Source of the DNA: Podarcis bocagei
Lineage: Eukaryota
DNA length: 64,000 nt
Assembly (NCBI GenBank): GCA_964188305.1
Contig: OZ076900.1
Direction: 5' to 3' (one strand)
Positions 1 to 11,900 of this stretch are shown here, in pieces. Position 1 is the first letter of the stretch, and each line of letters starts with the position of its first letter. The notes below the pieces were generated by a model. It was not told where the DNA came from. It searched no databases and was given only the letters and a program-made list of their open reading frames with translations. The translations under genes and the position numbers were made by a program.

Positions 1-167
1 AGGCCAATGATCCATCTAGTCTAGCAACCTGTTCTCACATGGGCTAACCAGATGCTTATGGGAAAGCTGAGAACAGGACCTGAACACAACAGCACTCTCC
101 CAACTTGTGATTCATGCAGATGTATGCTACCCCTGACAGTGGAGGTAGACCACTCTATAGCCATCAT
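1..167 (-). mobile_element. CR1 LINE 3' end fragment, degraded
   Basis: ggccaatgatccatctagtctagc..ctgttctcaca..aaccagatgc matches the reverse complement of the lizard CR1 3' UTR. Related copies occur at ~17497, ~38580 and ~52914. Confidence 0.7.
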
Positions 168-3100
168 ATGTTGTGCTTAGCCCTGACTTGGTACCAGACA
201 CAGAGTCCTCCAAGGATGAACCAGATGTCCCACAGGTCAAGGGCCTTTTAAGAGAATCAAAAGAATTATGATAGATGCATCATTACTTGTTGCGCAGATT
301 CACTCAAACAATATTAGCCCCATTGTTGTCTCTGGTTAAGAGGTCTTGAAGGTTCCTGAAGTCATCTAAATCCTGTGAAGCCTGTATCTCTCATATTGCT
401 TTCAGCACTTTGGGACCCTTAGTGTTTGACCAAACTTAAAAATCTCTTGATTTTCTTTCTCCAATTAAGGCTCCAATTATGAAATGCAACCATCAATTTC
501 TTCAAGCTTCTTTCTTTTTAGGCCAAGGAGCCAAAGAGAATTCCACCTGTCGTAGGCTCAGAATACATTCTACTCTCAGTTTCTCCATATGAAACCAGAT
601 GCACGCTCTCTGCAAACTAAGAGATTAGTTTGAAAGGCATACTTGTAACCCCCACCCCAATCCAATCCTGGTGCTTGGTGTTACTTTATGAGATTGTGCT
701 GTGTTTTCATTATCTTATCATTCTGGGCAGCAGCACAATATTATGAACTTGTAATGCAACCCTAGAACTCATCAAAATGTGATAAATAGCAATTTCAGAA
801 TCCAGATAATAAATGCATGATCCCAGTTCCCAGAAGTGAGCAGGAACAAAGTGAACACTGAGTATCAGTGAAGTTTGTAAATCAGCAGGAACATGCTGTG
901 ATATCTGGGTTGTGTATATTAGAAGGAATTGGAGTTCTTGTGATTTTATTGAGAATCTTAAAACATTCACATCTTGTAATGGGAGTGGGTGGGAATCTAA
1001 ACAGCACATTAAATCACTCACCAAAGATATTTAAAATTAAGACCCAGCTCTATGATTGAGGTTTATCCTTTCCCTGGTGAATATTTATCACAAACGGCAG
1101 TGACATCTTTGATTTTTATATAAGCTCTCGACTCCATGGATCTGTACTACTTTCCCTGTGATACAGTTTATTTCCTGCATCTCTGAATGTTACGGGGCTA
1201 TATTTCTCAATGGCACCAAAATTGTACTAGAGTGCTCTTATTAATGGCGGTGCAAACACCTTTTCCTTCAGTCACCTCTCAAGCAGCATTGCAGATGCAG
1301 TGCTGTGGCTTGATAAGATGCCCTGGTAGAGGCATCATTTTCAACAATGTGCAGAGCCCTACTGATAAACACCCAAGATGCATAATTGCATGTGATAGTA
1401 ACACTTTATAGTAGTGTTAAGGGTTTAATTTAATGGTGCTTGAAGAGTCAAATGAGTGTTCTGTTGATGCCTTGAGTAGTAGAAAAGGAATAATCATCAC
1501 TTTATGGAACCTTTATAAAACTCCATTGGGAAATGGCTTGCCATTGTTCTGGGCATACCAAGGTAAAATTGAAGAGGAGATCAGGGGAATCTTCTATTAT
1601 CCTTTTATTGGATTTATTTCCACCACCCCCATCCTATAACATGCATCTTCAGAAAGGTAGAAGTTCAATGGTCTTGAAATCTCAGCTTACGATACACAAA
1701 ACAGATGCAAACATAATTGGTGAGCTTTAGAGACTTCATAAACTCCAGTAATAAAGGGCAACAGGATGAAAAATTAGAAAAGGTCACCTTTCAAATGAGG
1801 TTTGTAAAAGCCTGATCCTAAAATTTGCTTCAGTAGCACATAATTGATTAGGATGGGAGATAAAAAAACAGCTGCACTAACACAACATTGCAACATGTGA
1901 TGGTTATACCGGTGTTACAAAGCTGATGTAGCGGTGTGGCAGATGGATACAATGGCACAGTAATCACCAAGCAATAGCCAAGAACTTTGATGTTGGCTAG
2001 CTGGATCCCCAGTTCTCACTGGAATATTTTCAAATGCATAAGTACACCATAGGATGGAATCTGCTGGGGCTGTCAGCTGTAGCATGCTTGGTATTGTGGT
2101 TAATCCAACTCTAGACTATGCTGGGTATCTTTGTCACCTTTTGGGATCCAGAGGACATGCATTTCATATTGATAGGAACCAACTTTTTTCTGGTCACTTA
2201 TCTAAGTATCTTACTCATGGAGGCTCCCTTTCATGCAGTGTTCTAAACTGTGCAGGGAACCTCTACAAGTTCAGAAGTCTCCCTCCTTCAGACCTTTGCT
2301 CCCCACCTAAACTGGTGGAGAATGATGTGGAGCTTGGCATACTCATCCCCACTTACAAGTACACTTTAGACACAAGCCGACCACCTGCATAGGGTTTTTG
2401 TACACAGTACGTGGGGCTCTAGCTCATGGCATTTGTATTCTCTTCCACAGGGTTGGAAAGTACGCCTTTATTGTCATAATTCATAATAGCAGGATCACAC
2501 AACGGAGCCTAGATTCTGCTAATGACAATGCTAATTCACAGTAGGAAATTATTGGCTGACAATCCCAGTTAATATTTGGCTCATTTCCACCCCACGGCTG
2601 AGATGGGATAGCTGGAACGGGATCAGACAGATCCCCACAGTTCAGTTACCGCCATGGTGTCTTTTGCATACACTTGGGTAGCTTGTTGTTTGCTCAGTCA
2701 TATCAAGGCTATTTAATTATTTAAATGATCAAACAGTTTACAACCAAATGAGCGCTAATGACACGAATATAGATGAGAGTTAATTAACACGCTGGATAAT
2801 TTATTTGACTGTAGAAGATTCCATGCTAACAATCATCCTTGTGCCCTTGTGGTGTTTGTTTCAGACATTTCACATTTGCTCACCTGTTGCCTGGGAAGAT
2901 AGCTCAGCAGCTTGTGTTTTTAACTAGTCAGGGCATAACTGGTTGCCTAGGATTCTGTTGTTGTTGTTGTTGTTGTTTAAAAACACACACCAACCACACA
3001 CACAGAAAAGCAGTAGGTCGACAAATTAATTAGAGCAGAATTGTACATTTTCTGCACAAGTAAATGAAAACTGACTGTTTCACATATTGTGTGGGGTTTT

Positions 3101-4009
3101 AAGATTTTAGGAAGCAGGGGGCTGGGGAATCTAAGCTAATGTAAAACAATGGCTTGCAAGAGCCACCTGGGAAATTCATAACAAGCAAGCCGACTACAGC
3201 TAAGTTGCATATGTACAATTAAATACTCCATTAGCAATTTTTAGCATACCATTTTACATGTTCCTGGCAGAGAACAGGGCTACATTTATTTATTTAACAG
3301 CCATCCTAAACATGTTTACTCAGAAGCAAGACCTTCTAAGATCAAGGAGACAAGGTGAGGGGACTTATCCTGACTCAGAACCTAGTCCCTGAGAGCACCT
3401 ACCAGAGTGTGAAACATAGTACTGATATTTCAATCCCTTTCAAAGACCATGCTTTCTATCCCACCAGGGTAGCTGCAGAGTTCCCTCCTGCAAGAAGTTA
3501 GACTAGCCCCATCCTATGTGGCTTTTAAGGGTGTTTAACTAGAATTCTGCAGTTTTAATTGCCTGCTCACAATGTTGCAAAATTTTATAATGTTTTAAAT
3601 TGTCTTAATGATACTGTAAACTGCTTTTTCCCCCCAGGGGAGTGCTAGGACTGAGAGCTGTCTAGAAACACCAAATAAACATTCATGCAGTGGTTCCCAC
3701 AGAGTCAGGCAACATACATAGGAGCCCCATAACACCTCTCAAAATGGCAAGGAGGATTTATCTCACATATCACACATAAATCTGGAAAATTGGGAGAGTA
3801 ATAAAAAAATGTCATTGCTTTCATGGGTGGCCGCAAGAGTCAACACAGCTGGTCATCTTTGGAGGATCCACCACCCCAGCAAGGGGTCCCCTGGTTTGAA
3901 ACCCTGGATTTGCCCAGTTGCCTTTCGCTTTGGCCCAAACAATAGTGGAAGTGGGAAGGAGAACCCGCTGTCTGCTTGCTCATTCTTTAGTTCACTGTTG
4001 ATTTTATTT

Positions 4010-4527
4010 ATTTTTTTAAAAGATATTTATTAAAGTTTTTTAAAATATAACAATGAAAATGAAAAATAAAAAGAAACAAAATACAACATAAAAACAGTTA
4101 AAAAACAAATAATTTTCCATAACATATCTTCCTTACACTTATTTCCCCAGACCTTCTCATACCTCCCTTCTTTGTATTCCACTTCAATTTGTTAGTTCAG
4201 CAAATCCTTACCATTAAGCTATCACCCATTTGTAAACCCTTTTTTGTCCGTATCTCCTAAAGCATTACAGCTGGAAACCCCTTAGTTTCTATCCAACATC
4301 CTTCTAGCATTCATTAATTTTACAATATTTCTGTAAATAGTCTTTAAATTTCTTCCAGTCTTTTTTCACCATCTCTTCTCCCTGGTCTCAGATTCGGCCA
4401 GTCAGTCATTTCTGCCAATTCCATGTAGTCAATCACCTTCATCTGCCATTCTTCCAGAGTGGGTAAATCTTGTGTCTTCCAATACTTTGCAATGAGTATT
4501 CTTGCTGCTGTTGTAGCATACATAAAT
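4010..4527 (-). mobile_element. L1-clade LINE, 5'-truncated 3' fragment
   Basis: The minus strand reads FMYATTAARILIAKYWKTQDLPTLEEWQMKVIDYMELAEMT (ORF2 C-terminus), followed by a 3' UTR and a poly(A)-like end (T-run at ~4010 on the plus strand). Confidence 0.85.
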
Positions 4528-5529
4528 TTTAATTAGTTTTTAAATGTCTTTAAACAACTGTTTTTAGCGGTCTTATTCATAATCTTAGCTTTTTTTTTTT
4601 TGTAAAGTGCTATGAGGTTTTGTCACAATCAGTTTATACTGTCATAGATCTAGGGTACTGTTAGTGAATGGTAAGAAAATAATGGTCAGGGGTGCCATGG
4701 TCAACACTGGCCTCTGTCCCTCTTTCCTCTGATACCCTCGCGTGTCTCTGCCTCCCAAAGGCTGCACAGCTGTTTGTTGCAGCAGTCCTGGCTATAAGCT
4801 CCACAGGTGAATGGTACGTCTGGGGTTGTCCAGGGGGTGCTGGTTGCCAGGAGCTGAGGTGGCCTTGGTGTAAGCAAGCAAGTGGGAGTGAGATCCCAGC
4901 CAACCAGTCCACCAGCCTTTGCTGTTGGGAATGGACAAACTAGTGGGAGGCCAGGCAGGTAGGTGCTGCTCTGAGCTTTCTTGTGCTTGCTGTGTGCAAG
5001 GCCTGCCATGAAACTGAGTGCCCACTGCTGCCACTGCCACCTCTCAAGGTAAGGTGCTGGCCTCAGGTTCACATTTGGTCAGTCTCTGTTGGGCTACAAA
5101 GACTTGGGGTGTCTTCTTCCTAGGCTTCTGTGGGGCAGCGTGAGGAGGAATCTATCTGTGGAGTGTGGTGTGGGCAGCTCAGAGACCAGGGCAGGAGCAG
5201 CAGCTGCCCAGAGGACTCCTAAGGAGAGGGGAGAGGAGAGGAGGCACGGGAAACACTCCACAGAGGGGTTTGAAAAAGGGTGAGAAGCTGCCAGCTCTGC
5301 AGGCAAGGGGTGACATAACTGGCTCCTGAGTCCCACAGGGATGCCACAGAAAGAAGGTAGCTGGTCAAGGGAGCTGTGGACTCAGAAAGGTTGAAAACCT
5401 CTGGTTTATGCAAACCAGCCTGGCCAGTCTAGCTAAGTGCAGAGCCATTTAGAAACAATGGGGAGCCATTGGGGGGCAATTGGCCATTCATTAAGCTGTC
5501 TTCGCCAGCAGACATGGGAGCTGTTCTTC

Positions 5530-5635
5530 AGTAGCATCTTTCTCAACCTGTGGGTTCCCTGAGCAAGGCCAGAGCTCAGGGATGATGGGAGTTGTAGTCC
5601 AACAACATCTGGGGACCCACAGGCACAGGTTCCAC
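5530..5635. mobile_element. Short palindromic hAT-like MITE (gggagttgtagtcc family), internally deleted
   Basis: Contains gatgatgggagttgtagtccaacaacatctgggg, which is shared with many other copies in the window. Confidence 0.65.
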
Positions 5636-5669
5636 TTCTCTGCCAACACTACTTAGGAAAACACCTTAT

Positions 5670-6215
5670 ACCAGACCAACCTCTACTCATCTACTCTGAC
5701 TGGCAGCAGTGCTCCAGACTTCCAAGTCATTTGACAAAATTCTTTTAACTGGAGCTACTAGGGATTGATTCTGGGATCTTTGGAGTGGGGCACGCGGGTG
5801 GCGCTGTGGGTAAAACCTCAGCGCCTAGGACTTGCCGATCGCATGGTCGGCGGTTTGAATCCCCACGGCGGGGTGCGCTCCTGTTGCTCAGTCCCAGCGC
5901 CTGCCAACCTAGCAGTTCGAAAGCACCCCCGGGTGCAAGTAGATAAATAGGGACCGCTTAACAGCGGGAAGGTAAACGGCATTTCCGTGTGCGGCTCTGG
6001 CTTGCCAGAGCAGCTTCGTCACGCTGGCCACGTGACCCGGAAGTGTCTGCGGACAGCGCTGGCTCCCGGCCTATAGAGTGAGATGAGCACACAACCCTAG
6101 AGTCTGTCAAGACTGGCCCGTACGGGCAGGGGTACCTTTACCTTACTAGGGATTGATTCTGGGATCTTTTTTCTGCAAAGCACATGCCCTTGCACTGAGC
6201 TTTATCCCTTCCCTT
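5670..6215 (-). mobile_element. Squam3-like tRNA-derived SINE interrupted by a Sauria SINE
   Basis: ctactctgactggcagcag...ggagctactagggattgattctgggat[insert]..tgcaaagcacatgcccttgcactgagct; a reverse-complemented tRNA-like head lies at the right end. Confidence 0.65.
5787..6143 (+). mobile_element. Sauria SINE, full length
   Basis: Head ggggcacgcgggtggcgctgtggg, B-box-like ggtttgaatccc, tail tacctttacctt. A 26-bp TSD tactagggattgattctgggatcttt is present at 5756-5781 and 6144-6169. Confidence 0.95.
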
Positions 6216-8342
6216 AATGCCACCCATTCATTACCAGCTGTGGGCTCAAGTCTCTCCTGCCACACATGTACTACAGGCCATATTTGTCCTCCCTCCTACT
6301 ACTCAGGAAAGTTAAAACTCTGCAGTTCCTCAGCAGCCTTTGGCAGAGCAGAAGGTGGGGGCGACACATAAATGAAAACCCAGCTTCCTTGCCTCTATGC
6401 AGCTTGGCTGCCTACCATCCAATTTACATCCCGTGAAGCTGTTCACCTGCAGTGTGAATCCTTTATTTTCCACTGAATGCACCATGGCTTTTAAAACCAC
6501 TTCATGAAGTGACATCATATCCAATTACGTTATAAGTAGCAAGAGGGGAAACCAGGGATGCAAAGAGAGAGTGAACAAAAATTGTTCTTGATATCATCAT
6601 TACCATCAAACAACTTTGTACTGAAAAGGGAATGCGTGAAAGAGGCTTGGGATATATATATTTCCTGATTGCCTCCATTTAAGCTAGGTTTGGTGCTGAG
6701 CTGGTACCTGTGCTTTCCTAAAAACTAATCAACAGACCAGTCACAGCTTATGAAGCATGGATTCCAGGCATCTCCGATGATGAATAACTGGGAGCTACAG
6801 GGTAAACACTCAAAACACCATGAAGGGGTCCAAAACAGCAGTCAGTCATGGCTCCCGGTCTGTCAGAGCAGCCTCCTCCAGCCAGTGCCAAAATGGTTCT
6901 GCCTACTTCCTCATTGTTCCCAGAACATATTGGATTTCAAAAAGGATACATTTTTCCTGTGACATCATCCCCCCCCCCGTCACCTAGACCACTTCCCAAA
7001 TCTGTTGTCTCTGCCCAGATCTCAGAGCAGGCTGGGGAAGACTAATTGAACTGGCAGGTTAGAGTGGGCTGGTGATATTCCATGTCCCCTATAGCAACTT
7101 TTGATCAGACCTTCTTAATGCCTTTTTTGATTATGGAACACCTCCAGTTGCCCCGCTCCATCACTGTTTTCCCGCTTGAAAACTACTTTTCCCCCTTAAT
7201 GTTCCAGTAGGCTGCAGACAAGTGGTGCAGAGGATAGGATACCTGGGTCCCACAGAGTCTCTCCAGTTCAACACTCCTTGCCTCTTGCACCCTGTTATCT
7301 AATGAGACATAGCGTCCATAGGTTTATGTCATGTTGTGTTATTATGAGGTAAGTTAGAAGGAAGGGCATTTAGGACATATACTGAAGTCTTCTAAAACCA
7401 GGACCTGTACATCCTGCTTGTTGTCTTCCAATAAGCACTTGGTTGGCCATTGTGGCCAAGAGAATGCTTGATGAAATGGACCTTAGGCTGAGTCAGTAGG
7501 GCTATTTGGATATTATTAATCCTAGGGACTTAAAGGCTGCATTTGGTCCCCGAGTCTCTCTTTTATGGCCCTCACGTGCCTCCTCAGGCCACACAACTCT
7601 CAGCAATGCTTTGCACCTTCCTGGTTGGAATAAATCCTTGATCTCTGATGACAATGATCTTTAAAAAAAAAAAATCCGGGAGAGAGAAACTCAAAGTGAT
7701 TTACAAAAAACATTAAAAACAAGTGTGAAAAATGGGAACTAAACAACATAAAATACACCAGCCATATATATGTGTAGATCAAACTAAACCCTACTCCATG
7801 TTAAAAATAATGCTTCTTGCTTTCCTGAGTGGAAGATAGAGAGGAATGTGTGAGTGTGAAGAAGCTATGCTGCTGCCCAAAGGTAAAATTCACCTTTGTT
7901 GTTCTGCCAACTTTTGCTCCCGATCCCTCCTACCACTGCCACATGACCCTTGGAAAGTTGCCCAGCATAAACTGTGTTCTAGTCTTAACATTCAGCCTGC
8001 TCCCATAGGGGAGGACAGCCTTCGGGCTTATGGGGTCTACTTTGCCTTTTGCTGGGACTACTGAAATCCATGAACTGGAACCAAATTGGTACAAAAGACA
8101 TGCACTTGCCATGAAAGAAGAAAATGTATCTAAGCAGCTGCTGGGCACGGGGATCAGAAATGAGTCCACAGTCCTTTTTCCACAAAGAGAGAAAGAGAGA
8201 GAGAGAAAATCCTGGTTACCCAAGCTTTCTTTATTTCCCAGCAGTCTAATTTAGCATTGGCAGGGGTGTTATGTTATAATCATCACTAAACCATTGGGAA
8301 TCAGAATTCCTTGCTGTTCTACTGCAAATCATCCATTAAGCA

Positions 8343-8921
8343 CAGAGGTGTACAGTAACTAGGGTCCCTTGTGCTCTTGGCAATGAGCTGTTTTGGTGCC
8401 CCCCATGGGGGGGGGGGAATCACTTTATCACAATAGCCAGATTAGAAATTACTACATTTTACATGAACCAAGTACTCAAAAGTGTCCAGAGTGAGGGCAA
8501 GAAGGAGGGGGAAATACTAACAATAAACACACAGCTTCATACCACGGTGTAAGAAGGACAGGAAGCTTCTCTCTTGTTTGATCTCACTGCAATAGTGATG
8601 GCCATAGGAGTTAACTTCTAGGGGCTGAGGTGCCTTTGGGCCCCCAATAAAATATTTGAGGGGGCTAGAGCCCCCCCCCCAAGTTGATGGGCATTGCCAT
8701 TGAAATGGTGCGGTGTGTGCCATGTCATGTGATCAATTATGCAAGTCAGGGCTCACCTGTCCCCCCGCCTTCAATATTTTATTCAAGTTGGCACCCCTGG
8801 TGGTGGCCTTTAACCACACACATATGTCATGCACTACATAATCTGATGGGTGATTTGTGCACCCTACCTGGGCATGGACTCCTAGCAGGAGCCTGCTTCA
8901 CCATCCCTAGGTATGCCTCTG
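8343..8921. mobile_element. Non-autonomous hAT element (host of a nested hAT)
   Basis: Termini cagaggtgtac / gtatgcctctg; 8-bp TSD attaagca (8335-8342) / attaagta (8922-8929). Confidence 0.75.
8603..8799. mobile_element. Non-autonomous hAT MITE nested in the previous element
   Basis: Termini cataggagttaact / agttggcacccctg; 8-bp TSD gtgatggc / gtggtggc. Confidence 0.75.
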
Positions 8922-10292
8922 ATTAAGTACGATCCCCATATATACTCTGCTCACCCTTGTATGTATGTCCCACAAGTACATACAGATTTATTTGCAAGTC
9001 CATATATATATAATTTCATTTTTTTCAAGAGATTAACCTGAAATATGTGACTAAAGGTTCCTCCCCCATCTCCGGCAACCTAATAAATGATATTTGAATT
9101 TTCTTGGTGCAACCACTTAGTTTAAAAAGGACAGGAGGGAACCAGGTATATCTATCATCAAATAAACCAAATTAAGGTGTTCATTCGTGCCACTTCAGTA
9201 GAAGCGGTTTCTGGGTCTCTTGGTGGCCAAAACTCTGTTTTGTATTCATTCCTGCCATGTGCATCTGATAGCCTCCCTTATTGTAATTTATATACTGTTT
9301 CCTAAAATACTGAACAATAAAGCAAATTATTTGAGGTGCTTGAGTGGATGATGAAGAACGACAGAGGAAAATGTGCATAAATTGATTAGCCTGCCATTAA
9401 ATGATGTACAGGCTAAGGCGATAATAATAATAATTTAGTATACAAATAAACTTGATTAACAATAAGAGTGAAAACACTTAATGAACTAAAAGGGTATGCA
9501 TCTCTGACATAGTCATAGTCTGTTTGTCTGTGCTGCACAGCAGATTACTGTATTGTAACTAAAGCCATTTCCTTCTAAATTTGTACATTCCCTTCTTAAA
9601 TATATTTCTATGTCACAGTTGGATTTAGCTTAAAAGGGTGATACCTAACTAAGTCAGAGTTGAGTGTAACTCTGAGCATGACTCACATCTTTTTTTAACC
9701 ATTCAGTGTTGAGGGGAAGAAAATCCACACTGTTTTGGAGTGTATTTTTTACCCCGCTGATATTTCCACTGTATGGAATGTGTGTAGACCCTAGATACGA
9801 TTTGTGATTGTGGTGTCAGATGAAGCATGCCTGACAGTACTCAAACACCCAGAACCAGAAAAAAGTCACTCAGAGGAAACAGAATTGTTCTGTGGAGCAA
9901 ATGTTGGCCCTTGCCCCTCCAAACTGAGTGGACAACACAATTTCTGTTCCTTTACTAAGCTGTGATGTTGATTTTCACTTATAAACAATTACAAACAACA
10001 AGAGCAACCCTTCGAAGTAAAAATGTTATGAAAATATTGTAAACTGCCTAGCAAATAAATAAATAACTAAATAAATCCCTGTATTTCAATGGAAAACTAA
10101 GGTTAGCAGTTTTTAGGGTGTTTTTCTAACCCCATGAAGAAACTTGCAAGAAAACCAGCCTGGGTGAAAAACATGTCCCCAAAACAACATCATGTGGTTT
10201 CTGCCAAGCTACTGAGACTTTGTAATTCCTCTTGTAATTCCTGGAGGATTCCATTGTTGAATTAGCCAGGCAAGGGCCATGCTTACCACATA

Positions 10293-10961
10293 CCGTATTT
10301 TTCGCTCCATAAGACATACTTTTTTCCTCCTAAAAAGTAAGGGGAAATGTCTGTGCGTCATATGGAGCAAATGTGTGGTCTCTGGAGCCGAATTGCCCAG
10401 GGGCAAAAAGCAGATCATGCTCTTTTTTTAAAAAAAGGAGGGAAGGGGGTGTTGAAACAAAGCTGCTGAGCAGTTGATCAGCAAGCGATCAGGAGGGACA
10501 TAAGGGACTCTAGAGATAAGGGAGGCTGCCTGGGAGCGGGGAGGTAAAAACACATGGATCCTCAGGATTTTGCATTGGGTCACCCCAAATCCACCATCAG
10601 ATCATATAGCATGTCCATGGCTACAGCCTGCACCAAAAAAATCATGCATCCACTTTTTTGTGTGACCGCAATGGCGCAAAAATGTGGTTACAAAGCACGT
10701 ATCCACATGGATCCTCAGGATTTTTGCACTGGGTCACGCCAAATTCACAATCAGATCACACAGCACGTCCATGGCTACAGCCTGCACCAAAAACTCACCC
10801 AAACTCACCGTCAAATCACATATTATGTCTGTGGCCACAGCATGAACCACAAAAATCATACATCCACTGTTTCGTTCAGAATATTTTTTTTTCTTGTTTT
10901 CCTCCTATAAAAACTAGGTGCGTCTTATGGTCAGGTGCGTCTTATGGAGCGAAAATTGTGG
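10293..10961. mobile_element. Tc1/mariner (Tc2-like) non-autonomous element
   Basis: TIRs ccgtatttttcgctccataagac / gtcttatggagcgaaaattgtgg flanked by TA; internal ~90-bp direct repeat at ~10551-10640 and ~10704-10792. Confidence 0.85.
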
Positions 10962-11002
10962 TAAGTGCAGTTGTTAGTATAACAAAGGAATTGGCTTTGT
11001 GA

Positions 11003-11351
11003 AGGTAAAGGGACCCCTGACCGTTAGGTCCAGTCATGGACGACTCTGGGGTTTCGGCGCTCATCTCGCTTTACTGGCCAAGGGAGCCGCTGTACAGCTT
11101 CCGGGTCATGTGGCCAGCATGACTAAGCCGCTTCTGGTGAACCAAAGAAGCACATGGAAATGCCGTTTACCTTCCTGCTGGTGCGGTACCTATTTATCTA
11201 CTTGCACTTGGACGTGCTTTCGAACTGCTAGGTTGGCAGGAGCAGGGACTGAGCAATGGGAGCTCACCCCGTTGCAGGGATTCGAACCACCAACCTTCTA
11301 ATCGGCAAGCCCAAGAGGCTCAGTGGTCTATACCACAGTGCCACCCGCCTC
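11003..11351 (-). mobile_element. Sauria SINE, full length
   Basis: aggtaaagggacccctgacc...ccacagtgccacccgcctc; 11-bp TSD tggctttgtga at 10992-11002 and 11352-11362. Confidence 0.95.
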
Positions 11352-11404
11352 TGGCTTTGTGACAGAGGGCAAATGAATGCAAATGAATGTGTGGGCTGGG
11401 CTAG

Positions 11405-11900
11405 AAGCAGCAGAACCCAGAGAGTAAGAGCCATTCCTGATCTCTGCTCGAATCCAAGGCTGTGATAATGGAAGAAGCAAGATCTTCTGGGGTGTTAATG
11501 CTGTGAGTCCCTCCACTGTAGGCTCAAGTTGTATATTTGTGTAATTTTTTTAATGAAATTTTATGAAATGAATTAATAAACCATATATCATAAAGCTGCA
11601 ACAGCCTCCACTTTCCTTCATTAAAGGAAACTAAACCCTAGAACCCCCGGAATCTCACACCACTCAGAAATTGGGAGGGCATGCAACATTGGTGTCAGAG
11701 GTTGGATTTGTGTTTCCTGGAGGAAATGTGTGAGCGAGGTGTGCCTGAATTGAAATGAAGGGGAAAACAGCAACATTCTCGGAATAGATAAAGCTGATAG
11801 TGGAGCAGTGAGGCCAGCTGCTTGACAAAATGGAGCAGCAGCAGAGGCATTGGTTTGGTAAATGGAGCAGCTGCAAGCAGAGATAGTGGTGAAATGGACT
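11405..11900 (+). mobile_element. Gypsy-type LTR 3' part, tRNA-Leu PBS and degraded gag start
   Basis: AATAAA at ~11575; LTR ends ...gcatgcaaCA at 11688. It is followed by tggtgtcagaggttggatt (11690-11708), which resembles the complement of the tRNA-Leu 3' end, then a Q/E-rich decayed reading frame. Confidence 0.65.

Noticed and set aside
10999-11301. Recurrent peptide GHVASMTKPLL..GTYLSTCT in several ORFs, suggesting a gene family
   Set aside because: These are antisense translations of Sauria SINE copies.
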